From assembly GCA_963646585.1 (NCBI GenBank), contig CAVIXF010000341.1:1-46276 (forward strand): DNA of 46,276 bases. Reading direction: 5' to 3'. Source of the stretch: Candidatus Gastranaerophilales bacterium HUM_1 (lineage in GTDB: Bacteria; Bacteroidota; Bacteroidia; Bacteroidales; UBA932). The notes under the pieces were generated by a model, which was given only the letters and a program-made list of their open reading frames with translations, ran no database searches and was not told where the DNA came from. Positions 16,717-26,127 of this stretch are shown here, in pieces; positions within the stretch are counted from its first letter, which is position 1; every line of letters starts with the position of its first letter. Position numbers and translations under genes: made by a program.

Positions 16717-17034
16717 ATGACGGAACAAACACGGAATAACAAGGCATGGCTCGAGAGGCTCGAGCACGGGCAGGAAGAACTTGTCTACAGCCTCATCGGG
16801 CAGGCAGTCCGCGCGGCGAAAGCAGCAGGCGTTCATGCCATTGTCTGGGTTGACGAGGGCGGACTGACATTCAACATCACGGGCAAGGGCTATCTGCATT
16901 TCAATGGCGAGACGCAGGATATCGCAGAGCTGATTGACATCGTCGAATGGCTGCTCAACGGCGCGCCGAAGGAAGACGAACCGGAGAAGGACGACGGCGA
17001 AGAAGACGACGACTGCTACGACTACAACAATTAA
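16717..17034 (+). CDS. Hypothetical protein
   Basis: AGGAGG SD. Confidence 0.75.
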   Translation: MTEQTRNNKAWLERLEHGQEELVYSLIGQAVRAAKAAGVHAIVWVDEGGLTFNITGKGYLHFNGETQDIAELIDIVEWLLNGAPKEDEPEKDDGEEDDDCYDYNN

Positions 17035-17051
17035 AAATGGAGGAGAAAACC

Positions 17052-17492
17052 ATGACCACAACGAACGAGGAGCTAAGGGAACTCCTCGAGGAAATTAAAG
17101 CGTTCCGCACCGATATCTGCGCGACAATGCGCCGGTTCGACGAGCGGATCGCCGAGTGCGAGAAAGCTCTCGAAAAGGAGCGCCGAAAGAGGAAGAAGCA
17201 GGACGAGCGTATCGGCAACGACCTGAAAGCGGTTTACGAGGCAATCAATGAGCTTGCCAAAACGCCGATCTGGGAGGACAAGACCGATGGCAGAATCGCG
17301 ATAAGCCGGAAAGCGGCATATGCCCGCTTCAAGGCTCTGGGTATAAAGCCGAAAGACGCGCTTGACGCCCTCGCACGGGACGGATACCTCGTGAGGGACA
17401 GCGAAGGAAAGAACACCCGCACCGTGAGGCGCGGACGCGAAGTAGAAAGGGCGGTGATGATAAACAATCATGGACATATTGAAATTTCTTGA
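17052..17492 (+). CDS. Hypothetical protein (coiled coil plus possible winged helix)
   Basis: GGAGGAG SD; ALDALARDGYLVRD. Confidence 0.65.
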   Translation: MTTTNEELRELLEEIKAFRTDICATMRRFDERIAECEKALEKERRKRKKQDERIGNDLKAVYEAINELAKTPIWEDKTDGRIAISRKAAYARFKALGIKPKDALDALARDGYLVRDSEGKNTRTVRRGREVERAVMINNHGHIEIS

Positions 17493-17709
17493 CCAGCACA
17501 GGCTCACGAACCGGTGGCTTATAGCACAGCTCCACGCGGTCGGCTACGACATCAGCGATTCCTTCATCAGCCGGATTCTCTCCGGCGAGCGGAACTCCGA
17601 CTACGCGCAGGAAGTCCGCGCGGCCGCCGTGGCAATCTGCCGCCGCTACGAGGCGGGCATGGAAGAAAGGAGCACCACCAATGCCGAGGCTATCCAGAAC
17701 GGTCGCTGA
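17470..17709 (+). CDS. Cro-like HTH protein
   Basis: ISDSFISRILSGERN. Confidence 0.7.
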   Translation: MDILKFLDQHRLTNRWLIAQLHAVGYDISDSFISRILSGERNSDYAQEVRAAAVAICRRYEAGMEERSTTNAEAIQNGR

Positions 17710-17929
17710 GAAGCAGCTGGACGCGCTCAGGGACGCCGTTGACATCTACATGATGAAGCGCTCCCGAGACGGAATCGACTGCAAAACCGCCGCCGCCGCA
17801 CTCGGCTTCAAGTACTCGACGCTCCGCGACAAGCGGAACCGTCCCGAAACCTTCACGGTCGGCGAAATTCAGCGGATCGCGAACACACTTAACGTCACTA
17901 TCCCGACACTGCTCGGGGAGAATAATTAA
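17681..17929 (+). CDS. HTH protein
   Basis: AAAALGFKYSTLRDKRNRPETFTVGEI; AAGGAG SD. Confidence 0.7.
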   Translation: MPRLSRTVAEKQLDALRDAVDIYMMKRSRDGIDCKTAAAALGFKYSTLRDKRNRPETFTVGEIQRIANTLNVTIPTLLGENN

Positions 17930-17949
17930 AATTAAAGGAGAAAACCAAA

Positions 17950-18348
17950 ATGTACGAAGAGAAGAAGAACATGAATCAGGACAAGACCGTGGAGAAAGAC
18001 ATCGTCGACGCCGTAAGGAAGTCTGTTACGAAAATGCACATCGAGCACGTCATGAATCAGTTCGGCGACGACGTTGATTCAATGCTCGGCTGGCTCGCTC
18101 ACCGTGCCGGGAACCAGCAGCTGATCAAAGGGCGCAGGCTCGACAATCTCAGGATGATAGTTGATAACGACCACCTCACACTCAAGTTTCCGGAGGCAGG
18201 CTGCTACATCGTGGTGGACGATGGAAAACTCACCACCGAAAACCTCCAGACAGCCGTCCGTCTTGTCATCGAGCACGACCAGGAAACAATGTGGAAAAGA
18301 TCGTGCGAGATCGCCGACGAGATGGCGGACGAAGACGACGAGGGCTGA
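17950..18348 (+). CDS. Hypothetical protein
   Basis: AAGGAG SD. Confidence 0.7.
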   Translation: MYEEKKNMNQDKTVEKDIVDAVRKSVTKMHIEHVMNQFGDDVDSMLGWLAHRAGNQQLIKGRRLDNLRMIVDNDHLTLKFPEAGCYIVVDDGKLTTENLQTAVRLVIEHDQETMWKRSCEIADEMADEDDEG

Positions 18349-18370
18349 ATAGGGGGATGAGGAGAAAACC

Positions 18371-18667
18371 ATGAACAAAAGGCAGAAAAAGAAGTACAAT
18401 GATCTCGTTTGCTCGCTCGTGGCACAGGTCAGCGTTTTCACCGAGGACGGAAGATGCCACACTGACCTCTACCCCGAGGCAATCCGGCTGAATGCCAGGA
18501 CGTTCCGCCGGTGCTGGAACTGGATCGTGAAGAATGACATTTTCTCGACGAACGGGTACTCGCCTCGGGGTCTGAATCCGAACTTTTGGTATAACATAAC
18601 AATTCTGCACCGCAGCGGCGAAAGACCCTGCGCCTATTGGGTACAGTGGAGGGAGAAGAACTCATGA
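18371..18667 (+). CDS. Hypothetical protein
   Basis: GAGGAG SD. Confidence 0.65.
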   Translation: MNKRQKKKYNDLVCSLVAQVSVFTEDGRCHTDLYPEAIRLNARTFRRCWNWIVKNDIFSTNGYSPRGLNPNFWYNITILHRSGERPCAYWVQWREKNS

Positions 18668-18882
18668 AGAAAACCGACTTCGTCCACTCCCGCCTCTCCC
18701 CGCTGCTCCGCGCACTGGACGACGATATCCTCGCCGTGTCCTACGGCAAGGTGGGGGCAAAAGAGCACGTTTACATCATCTTCGACGGCGGATACCTCGA
18801 TATTGACGTTTCGGGGCTCGACAACGCCGGAATCACTGAAATCGTAATAAGGAGGCTCATTCGCAATGATAGAACTTGCTAA
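18664..18882 (+). CDS. Hypothetical protein
   Basis: ATGA coupling; GGAG SD. Confidence 0.6.
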   Translation: MKKTDFVHSRLSPLLRALDDDILAVSYGKVGAKEHVYIIFDGGYLDIDVSGLDNAGITEIVIRRLIRNDRTC

Positions 18883-19054
18883 CAAAATCGCGTCGGACAG
18901 GCTCCACCGCATCGAGCAGGAGCACAACAACGAGCTGAGGCGTGAGAACGCCGAACTCCGCGCAATGGTGAGAGCGCTTCTGACAGCACACACCGTCGAC
19001 GTTGAAATCGAGCATGGGAGGGCGAAATTCTATGATGCCGCGAATCTGGACTGA
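18866..19054 (+). CDS. Hypothetical protein
   Basis: AAGGAGG SD. Confidence 0.6.
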   Translation: MIELANKIASDRLHRIEQEHNNELRRENAELRAMVRALLTAHTVDVEIEHGRAKFYDAANLD

Positions 19055-19349
19055 CAGTGTGATCGACGACGTTCTCAGCCGCATCCGTGCGGGAGAGAGA
19101 ACGGCGGATATCGCCGAAGAATACTGCATAAGCGCCGCGTCGCTCAGGAGCGCTATCTATCAGCACCGAGGCTCCGTTGTGAGCGAAGCCCGGCAGGATA
19201 TGTACGCCGACATGGGGAAGCTCTGGGAAGCAGGCTGGACGACCTCTGACATCGCCCGTAAGTATGATATGCACCCTCAGACCCTCGCGGGCATTATCCA
19301 GCGCCGCCGCGACCTTTTCCCGAGGAAGAACAGGAGGCGGACGAGATGA
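19032..19349 (+). CDS. Tandem HTH protein
   Basis: ADIAEEYCISAASL and SDIARKYDMHPQTL. Confidence 0.65.
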   Translation: MMPRIWTDSVIDDVLSRIRAGERTADIAEEYCISAASLRSAIYQHRGSVVSEARQDMYADMGKLWEAGWTTSDIARKYDMHPQTLAGIIQRRRDLFPRKNRRRTR

Positions 19350-19888
19350 TCACGAAAGAGGAAATTCTCGCCGAACTTGAAGGCTGTGAAGAACCCGAAA
19401 AGAAGCTCCACGAGATAGCGGAACGCGAAAAGTTGCCGGTCATGATCATCCGGAAGATACTGAAAGACCTCGTAACCGTCGCGCCGCCCGAAAAGGATTA
19501 TGACAACGTCAACCGCATCGCGCGGCTGCACTACGAGGTCGTCGGCCACCAGTGGTTCCCCGACGAAATCGCGTATGCGGAAGAGCGTTGGAGGCGCGGA
19601 GCGACCGTTGACGAGATCGCCGCGGAGATCGGACGCTCACGTGTGGCGGTCAAGGGCATGATGCAGCGGAATCGTGAGCGGTTCCCACGTCGACAGGCCT
19701 CATTCCGGGTGTGGTCGTCCGAAGAGATAGTCCGAGCCGCCGATATGTGGCGAGACCCGACGTTGACGGCGGCGGACATATGTATCGCGCTTAATCGAGG
19801 CATTAACGATTTTTACCAACTGCGAGCAGAAAACCCGGCGCTGTTTAAGCCGAGGAGAATTCGCAGAATCAATTCTGAGGTCGAGTGA
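19346..19888 (+). CDS. HTH-repeat protein (GcrA-like N-terminal repeats)
   Basis: WFPDEI..WRRGATVDEIAAEIGRSR; AGGAGG SD. Confidence 0.65.
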   Translation: MITKEEILAELEGCEEPEKKLHEIAEREKLPVMIIRKILKDLVTVAPPEKDYDNVNRIARLHYEVVGHQWFPDEIAYAEERWRRGATVDEIAAEIGRSRVAVKGMMQRNRERFPRRQASFRVWSSEEIVRAADMWRDPTLTAADICIALNRGINDFYQLRAENPALFKPRRIRRINSEVE

Positions 19889-20003
19889 GCCGCTGTGCAC
19901 AGGGCACAAAAACACAAAGTACATTCCGGGAGGGTAAATACCTATCCCCGATACTATCCTTCCGGAATCAATGCTGCTATCGGGGAGAAAAGGAGTAGAA
20001 TCA

Positions 20004-20447
20004 ATGAACACCAAGCTTATGTTTTCATCGGAGAAAGAGGACTGGGAAACGCCACAAGACTTCTTCGACGAGCTGGATAGAGAATTTCATTTCACGCTTG
20101 ATGCGGCGGCTTCGCCCGAAAACGCGAAATGCGGCAGCTACTACACGAAGGAACAAGACGGGCTTGCACAAAGCTGGGACGGGCACACCGTGTGGATCAA
20201 CCCGCCATACGGGCGCTATACAACGGGACTATGGGTTAGGAAGGCATACGAGGAGCACAAACGTGCAGGATGCACAATTGTCATGCTGCTACCCGCGCGA
20301 ACCGATACGATATGGTTCCATGATTTCGTGCTCGGGAAAAGCAAAATCAGATTCATTAAAGGGCGCTTGAAGTTCAGCAACTGCAAAGATCCCGCACCAT
20401 TTCCATCTTTGGTGGCTATATACGGAGGCAAAGACGATGAACGATAA
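20004..20447 (+). CDS. Phage DNA N6-adenine methyltransferase (Dam family)
   Basis: DWETPQ, FTLDAAA, NPPY, LLPARTDT, GRLKF motifs. Confidence 0.92.
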   Translation: MNTKLMFSSEKEDWETPQDFFDELDREFHFTLDAAASPENAKCGSYYTKEQDGLAQSWDGHTVWINPPYGRYTTGLWVRKAYEEHKRAGCTIVMLLPARTDTIWFHDFVLGKSKIRFIKGRLKFSNCKDPAPFPSLVAIYGGKDDER

Positions 20448-20784
20448 AATCAGGCAAGAAGCAATGCACCTGCACAACTGGTGCGAAGGGCAGTGCGACT
20501 GCACACACTGCGACTTCGGACGCGACAATCGCACGTGCAAGATCAGCGGGATACCGGCGCAGTGGTTCGACGAAGACGAACGTCCTGCTGATACCGGCAA
20601 AACGATCAAGACCCGGCAGGAAAGGTTTCTCGAGATGTTCCCGCACACAGTCAGGATTATGGCGGATGGCGCTATAGACCTTTGCCCGGGGCGGTTAGGC
20701 GAGCGGTGCAATTGTCCTGCGGGCTACGACTGTAGAAAGTGTAAGCGTGAATTCTGGTTCGCGAAGGAGGACGAAAATGTCTGA
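20437..20784 (+). CDS. Cys-rich hypothetical protein (paralog of 21741-22115)
   Basis: KTRQERFLEMFP...CRKCKREFW. Confidence 0.7.
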   Translation: MNDKIRQEAMHLHNWCEGQCDCTHCDFGRDNRTCKISGIPAQWFDEDERPADTGKTIKTRQERFLEMFPHTVRIMADGAIDLCPGRLGERCNCPAGYDCRKCKREFWFAKEDENV

Positions 20785-21112
20785 ATACATTAAGCGCGAA
20801 GACGCAATCAAAGTTGCCGAAAAGTACGGGCTTGCGAATGGCTTTGTGCTGGGCAGACATACAGGGCTGGCGGATTGCATTGCAAGCGAAATTGCGGCTA
20901 TTCCTGCCGCCGACGTCGCGCCGGTCGTTCATGCCGCGTGGATATTTTTCCGCGGCGTAGGTGAACATTTTCCAAGATGCTCCCAATGCGGAGAAGAAGC
21001 TGATGAAGAGATTGCACGTTTGTATTGCGCTTACTGCGGAGCACGTATGGACATGCCGCACAAATTTGACTACTCCGATGACAGAAAACGAAAGGATGGA
21101 GGAAGAAAGTAA
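20777..21112 (+). CDS. Zn-ribbon hypothetical protein
   Basis: IPAADVAPVVH..CSQCG..YCAYCGARMD. Confidence 0.75.
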   Translation: MSEYIKREDAIKVAEKYGLANGFVLGRHTGLADCIASEIAAIPAADVAPVVHAAWIFFRGVGEHFPRCSQCGEEADEEIARLYCAYCGARMDMPHKFDYSDDRKRKDGGRK

Positions 21113-21333
21113 TGGAAAGCGCGCACATCGTCTGGAAGGAACGGGAAGTCAGGCTCGAGACGTATTATAACAGCGGGCATTTATGGGAAGGTGTACCGTT
21201 TTATTTCTTGAAATACAGTCAATTTATGGACAAAATTCCATGCTGTTCCCGCTGTGGCAAGCGTATCGATGACAGATTTATGCACTTTTGCCCGAACTGC
21301 GGCGCGAAGATGGATGAGGAGGGCGAGCAATGA
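21112..21333 (+). CDS. Zn-ribbon hypothetical protein
   Basis: CSRCG..FCPNCGAKMD. Confidence 0.7.
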   Translation: MESAHIVWKEREVRLETYYNSGHLWEGVPFYFLKYSQFMDKIPCCSRCGKRIDDRFMHFCPNCGAKMDEEGEQ

Positions 21334-21569
21334 CTGAATGGATAAGCGTTAAAGACAGACTACCGGAAGAAAACACCCCGGTACTGATATGCACTCAGTG
21401 GGGGGATGTCTGGATGGCGAGCTATTACAGCGAGTGCCGGATAGCGCAAAAGCTGTTTAGCCCTGCGCACTGGGACGTGGAGACCCTGCGCGGCGGTGGC
21501 ATAGATTTCGAAGCGGAGGACGTGACGCATTGGATGCCATTGCCCAAAAAACCGGAGGAGGAAGAATGA
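21330..21569 (+). CDS. DUF551-like protein
   Basis: WISVKDRLPE...VTHWMPLP. Confidence 0.85.
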   Translation: MTEWISVKDRLPEENTPVLICTQWGDVWMASYYSECRIAQKLFSPAHWDVETLRGGGIDFEAEDVTHWMPLPKKPEEEE

Positions 21570-21754
21570 GAAAAACGCTCGAAGAACGCTCAACGGCGTT
21601 TATGAACTGCCCATGGAAATCCACTGCCGGATGTAATTATATCTGTGAAACGTGCTTACACGGCGATTCTGATGGGCTTAAGACAATTCTTGATGATATC
21701 AACAGACTGGGAAGACAGATGAAAACAAGGGAGGACGAAAATGGATGCAGTTGA
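21566..21754 (+). CDS. Hypothetical protein
   Basis: GGAGG SD; ATGA coupling. Confidence 0.55.
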   Translation: MRKTLEERSTAFMNCPWKSTAGCNYICETCLHGDSDGLKTILDDINRLGRQMKTREDENGCS

Positions 21755-22115
21755 ATTTCTGAAAGAAGCCAATCGGATGCACAATTTTGACAACCAAGAC
21801 TGCGCTAAATGCGAAATTAATAAGCGCAGGGGCGGTAATCTCTCGTGCGTTGAATGGACTCTCAGTCACCCCACCAAAGCCGTCGAAATCGTCGAACGAT
21901 GGGCGAAGGAGCATCCAAGAAAGACCCGGCAGAGCGAGTTTCTGAAGATGTTTCCGAGAGTGGGCATGACCGCTGATGGCGTGATAGCACTCTACCCAGA
22001 AAGCATGGATTCGACGTTTGTCTGCCCGATCAAAGAGCGTGACCGCTATGATCCGGAGTGCGGCGACTGCCGGAAGAAGTACTGGCTTGAGGAGGTAGAG
22101 AAGGATGGCGATTAA
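21741..22115 (+). CDS. Cys-rich hypothetical protein
   Basis: KTRQSEFLKMFP...CGDCRKKYW; GGAGG SD. Confidence 0.75.
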   Translation: MDAVEFLKEANRMHNFDNQDCAKCEINKRRGGNLSCVEWTLSHPTKAVEIVERWAKEHPRKTRQSEFLKMFPRVGMTADGVIALYPESMDSTFVCPIKERDRYDPECGDCRKKYWLEEVEKDGD

Positions 22116-22248
22116 GATTATCAAGCCGGGGAAGATCAAGAACCCGAAAGACACACGACGGTTTACCTGCCATCATGCGACGTATAGGTCGGAACCGCTC
22201 GATGAGTAAACCCCGCTACATCTGGTGGAGAAAAGAGAAAACCAATGA
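22105..22248 (+). pseudogene. Small gene with in-frame TAA at 22207-22209
   Basis: MAIKIIKPGK...; frame continues to a TGA overlapping the next ATG. Confidence 0.35.
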
Positions 22249-22577
22249 AGATCAAAGAAATAACCGAAGAAGCAATAATATTCGACAACGGCAACACCAT
22301 CACGTTCTGGCACGAGCAGTGCTGCTGCGAGATGAATTATGCCGACTTCGCTCAGCTCGACGACATAGCGCGAAACACGGAATTCGACGAAAACCTTGAT
22401 TTTGAGTTCGTCGAGGAACAGGGTTTCCGCTTCGGGAATCAGCCGAGCAGGATGTTCTTCGTTCCGTGCTACTCGGTGCAGAGCGGCTATTACAGCTACG
22501 AAATAACCATTATGTACAACAACGTCGAGGTGCTGTCCGGCATCTGCAATGAACCGGAATGCGAATGGGATTGTTGA
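22245..22577 (+). CDS. Hypothetical acidic protein
   Basis: 110 aa; HEQCCCE motif. Confidence 0.7.
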   Translation: MKIKEITEEAIIFDNGNTITFWHEQCCCEMNYADFAQLDDIARNTEFDENLDFEFVEEQGFRFGNQPSRMFFVPCYSVQSGYYSYEITIMYNNVEVLSGICNEPECEWDC

Positions 22578-22590
22578 AGGGAGAAAACCG

Positions 22591-22797
22591 ATGATAAAAG
22601 CAAAGCTTGACCACAAGAAAGATATCTGCGAGATCGAGGTGCGGGGCAAAATTGCCGAGATCACAAACGAAGTCGCGAACATCGTCCAGAACGTCTATGT
22701 GGCATTGGACGAACAGCACAAGGCACTCTTCAGGCGCGCACTCATTCAGGCAATCGCAGAAGGAGAACTGCTCAGCGAGGGAGGACAGTGGCGATGA
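22591..22797 (+). CDS. Hypothetical protein
   Basis: GGGAG SD. Confidence 0.6.
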   Translation: MIKAKLDHKKDICEIEVRGKIAEITNEVANIVQNVYVALDEQHKALFRRALIQAIAEGELLSEGGQWR

Positions 22798-23087
22798 ATG
22801 CTAAACTCGCAACCCTCATCGTTAAAATCCTCGACTTCATCGCGGAGCACCCGGAACTCGAAGTTGACTTCGATATCTGGCGCGTCGGCTCCGGGCGTGA
22901 ACTCCGGGCGTCGTTCTGCTACAACCTTCGCAGCGATTCGGACGCGCTCGGAATGCCGGTGAGGAAGTGCCGGTACATAGAAAATGGGCGGCTCATCAAG
23001 TCAATGGATTTCCTCGCGTCGGAGGACAATTTCAGGCTCCTCGTCGAAGGGCTTGAAAAATTGGAGGCGAAGCTCAATGATCATTAA
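22788..23087 (+). CDS. Hypothetical protein
   Basis: GGAGG SD; coupled in the operon. Confidence 0.6.
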   Translation: MAMNAKLATLIVKILDFIAEHPELEVDFDIWRVGSGRELRASFCYNLRSDSDALGMPVRKCRYIENGRLIKSMDFLASEDNFRLLVEGLEKLEAKLNDH

Positions 23088-23889
23088 AGATTCCATCACC
23101 GAATACCACGCAAAGCCGAGTGTCAGCAAGACGAAGCTCTGGCGACTTCTGAGCGACACCCCGGCGAAATTCAAGTGGCTTGAAGATCATCCCGAACCGC
23201 CGACCGCCGCTATGCAATTTGGCTCCGCACTGCACAAGTACGCGCTCGAGCCGGACGGATTCTTTGACGAGTACGCCGTCGCACCGCAATGTGATAGGCG
23301 AACCAAAGCAGGGAAGGAAGAATATCAGGCTTTTGTAGATAGTGCACAAGGCAAGGCAGTTATTTCTGCGGACGACATAGTGCTTATCTCCGAAATGACC
23401 GCTGCTATCAGAGAAAACCCCCGCGCCGACTTCCTTCTCCGGGGCGAGGTCGAAACATCCTACTACTGGCAGGACGAAATGACCGGGCTTGACTGTCAGG
23501 CGCGTCCCGACTGCGTGAAGATGATCGACGGCAAAGCGCTGATTGTCGACCTGAAAACCTGCGCGAGGGCTGATACCGAAACGATGGTGAAGCAAGCCTA
23601 TGCCCTCGGGTACGATATGCAAGCCGCCATGTTCATCGAGGCGGTAAGCAGAGAACGCAACGTCGGGTGCGACTTCTTGTTCGTCTGCATTGAGAAGGAG
23701 CCGCCATACCTCATCAACATTTTGCAAGCCGACGATCTCATGATCAAGAGCGGGCAGGACAGATTCCGGGAAGCTATCGGGATTTACAAATCCTGTCTCG
23801 ATTCCGGAAACTGGTACGGGTATGAAGGCGCGTTCGGGATGGTGAACACGCTCGGACTGCCGAAATGGGTTGAGAAAACACTGGAATGA
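23077..23889 (+). CDS. RecE-like PD-(D/E)XK exonuclease (DUF3799-like)
   Basis: FGSALH, CQARPD, IVDLKT, YDMQAAMF; upstream of the annealing protein. Confidence 0.85.
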   Translation: MIIKDSITEYHAKPSVSKTKLWRLLSDTPAKFKWLEDHPEPPTAAMQFGSALHKYALEPDGFFDEYAVAPQCDRRTKAGKEEYQAFVDSAQGKAVISADDIVLISEMTAAIRENPRADFLLRGEVETSYYWQDEMTGLDCQARPDCVKMIDGKALIVDLKTCARADTETMVKQAYALGYDMQAAMFIEAVSRERNVGCDFLFVCIEKEPPYLINILQADDLMIKSGQDRFREAIGIYKSCLDSGNWYGYEGAFGMVNTLGLPKWVEKTLE

Positions 23890-23917
23890 AATTTAATTAA
23901 TTAAAGGAGCACAGAAA

Positions 23918-24598
23918 ATGGATAACGTACAAGAAATCATCCCCGCGACTGCCGAACAGACCGTCGCGCCGATCAACACCGCACCGATGAACGTCACCAA
24001 TATCTGGGTCGACAAGGACGCATTTGAACAGACGCAGCGCGTCGCGGTCATGCTGTCAAAGTCGCAGATGATCCCGGAGAAGTACCAGAACAAACCCCAG
24101 GACTGCTTCGTCGCTATCGAAATGGCGGCTCGCGCCGGACTCTCGCCGCTCGCCGTCCTCCAAAACGTCGATGTGGTGAAGGGAAAGCCTCGCTGGAGCG
24201 GTCAGGCCTGCATGGCTATCATCAACTCGTGTGGGCGCTTCCGCGACGCCCATCCGGTCTACACCGGCGCGAAAGGCACTGATAACCGCGCTTGCTTTAT
24301 CCGCGCAATCCGTATTTCGGACGGCGAAGTCGTCGACGGAACCGAAATCTCCCTGAAAATGGCAGCTGCCGAAGGCTGGATGAGCAATCCGAAGTGGAAG
24401 AATATGCCGGAGCAGATGCTTTTCTACCGCGCGGCGGCATTCTTCGCGAGGATGTACTGCCCGTCGGAACTCCTCGGCGCGATAGTCGAGGGCGAGCCGG
24501 AGGACATCGAAGCGTCCAGGCAGAAACAGACCGGCGCGTCAGCGACTATGACAGCCGCCCTCGACGCCGCAATCGCTGCCGGAAAGGAGAAAAAATAA
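23918..24598 (+). CDS. RecT-like single-strand annealing protein
   Basis: SQMIPEKYQNKPQDC..LQNVDVVKGKP..WKNMPEQML; between exonuclease and SSB. Confidence 0.75.
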   Translation: MDNVQEIIPATAEQTVAPINTAPMNVTNIWVDKDAFEQTQRVAVMLSKSQMIPEKYQNKPQDCFVAIEMAARAGLSPLAVLQNVDVVKGKPRWSGQACMAIINSCGRFRDAHPVYTGAKGTDNRACFIRAIRISDGEVVDGTEISLKMAAAEGWMSNPKWKNMPEQMLFYRAAAFFARMYCPSELLGAIVEGEPEDIEASRQKQTGASATMTAALDAAIAAGKEKK

Positions 24599-25047
24599 TG
24601 CTGAACAAGTGCACCTTCCAGGGCAGATTCACCGCCGACCCGGAGCTGAAACAGACGGCGAGCGGCGTCTTCTTCTGCAACTTCGACGTCGCGTGGAGCG
24701 AAAAATACAAGGAAGTCGAATCGACCTGCTTCCTGAAATGCCGCGCGTGGAGAACGACGGCGGAATTCCTGTCGAAATACTTCCACAAGGGCGACCAGGT
24801 CATCGTCGAGGGGCGTCTCATCACCAACTCGTGGACAGACGACCAGGGACAGAAACGCTCCATGATAATCTGCGACGTCGACAAATGCCACTTCTGCGGC
24901 GCGAAGAGCGGCGCTCAGGGCGCGGGGAACTATCAGACGAGTAACTATGCTCCCCAACCGCAAACGACCGCCACAGCCCCCCACAGCGCGTCACAGGACG
25001 TTCCTAACTTCGAGGTTCTGCCCGAGGACGACGTGCTGCCGTTCTGA
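24598..25047 (+). CDS. ssb: Single-stranded DNA-binding protein
   Basis: GRFTADPELK..FHKGDQVIVEGRL..DDVLPF tail. Confidence 0.95.
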   Translation: MLNKCTFQGRFTADPELKQTASGVFFCNFDVAWSEKYKEVESTCFLKCRAWRTTAEFLSKYFHKGDQVIVEGRLITNSWTDDQGQKRSMIICDVDKCHFCGAKSGAQGAGNYQTSNYAPQPQTTATAPHSASQDVPNFEVLPEDDVLPF

Positions 25048-25060
25048 GGTGGGGTGAAAT

Positions 25061-25522
25061 ATGACAATTCAGGTCGATTCGAGGGAGAAAGCCCACATCA
25101 TCGCGGGGATAATCCGGTATTTCGACGAGCAGGGAATAAAACATTATTCCTCGAAACTCATCGTCGGCGACTATATGAACCTTGACAATCCGAAAGTGAT
25201 TTGTGATCGCAAACACAATTTGTCAGAGCTTGCCAACAACCTCACCAACGATTCCGGGCGGTTCATGCGCGAGGTGCGGCTCGCGAAGGAACTCGGAATT
25301 CACCTCGTCGTGCTGTGCGAGCACGGCGGCTGGTGCAAGTCGATTCGCGACGTCAAAGACTGGCACAATCCGATGCAGGGGAAAATTCCATACGCTATAA
25401 GCGGGAAAGAGCTTATGGAGCGCATCTACAAAGTGCATATCGCGTACGGCGTCGACTTCCTGTTCTGCGACAAGCGCTGCACCGGGCGGCGGATCGTCGA
25501 AATTCTGGGGGCAAAGCTATGA
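25061..25522 (+). CDS. ERCC4-domain nuclease
   Basis: IQVDSRE..LIVGDY..DRKHNLSEL. Confidence 0.85.
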   Translation: MTIQVDSREKAHIIAGIIRYFDEQGIKHYSSKLIVGDYMNLDNPKVICDRKHNLSELANNLTNDSGRFMREVRLAKELGIHLVVLCEHGGWCKSIRDVKDWHNPMQGKIPYAISGKELMERIYKVHIAYGVDFLFCDKRCTGRRIVEILGAKL

Positions 25523-26124
25523 GCAACTACCCCCGTTACGACGTGGAGGCGGTCAAGGCGGCCGTCTCCGTCCCCGACGCGCTCGAACGGTACGGCGACT
25601 TGTCAAAACGCCGCGGAAACCGCTGCCCGTGCCCTATTCACGGCGGCAAGGACAACAACCTCGCGTTCCGGGACGATTCTTTTCACTGTTTCGTCTGCAA
25701 CTGTGGCGGCGACGTCATCACGCTGGTCGAGAAGATTTTTAATCTTTCCTTCCCGGACGCCGTGCGAAAGCTCGCGGAGGATTTCGGGGTCGCGCCGGGC
25801 GTTGATCCGGAGGCTGCCCGGCGGCGGCAACTCGCGGCTGATGCACGGAAGCGCCGGGTCGAGCGCGAGAAAGACGACTTTCGGCGGCTCACAGCGTTTT
25901 ATCACCAGGTGCAAGACCTTCCACAGTCCCCGCTCCGCGACCGGTATGTCGGCACCCTCGCGGCGACTATCGACGACATTATCCGGTGCGGAGACGCGAG
26001 CAGCTACCCGGTCGATGAGATAATATCAACCATGCGGCAGGGGCTGCAATGGGAACAGCGGTCAAGAATATCTGTTCATTCCGTGCAACTATCCGCCCAA
26101 CCATTTCACGAAAGGACGTCATAA
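25519..26124 (+). CDS. CHC2 zinc-finger (primase ZBD-like) protein
   Basis: CPIH..FHCFVCNCGGDVITL. Confidence 0.85.
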   Translation: MSNYPRYDVEAVKAAVSVPDALERYGDLSKRRGNRCPCPIHGGKDNNLAFRDDSFHCFVCNCGGDVITLVEKIFNLSFPDAVRKLAEDFGVAPGVDPEAARRRQLAADARKRRVEREKDDFRRLTAFYHQVQDLPQSPLRDRYVGTLAATIDDIIRCGDASSYPVDEIISTMRQGLQWEQRSRISVHSVQLSAQPFHERTS

Positions 26125-26127
26125 ACC

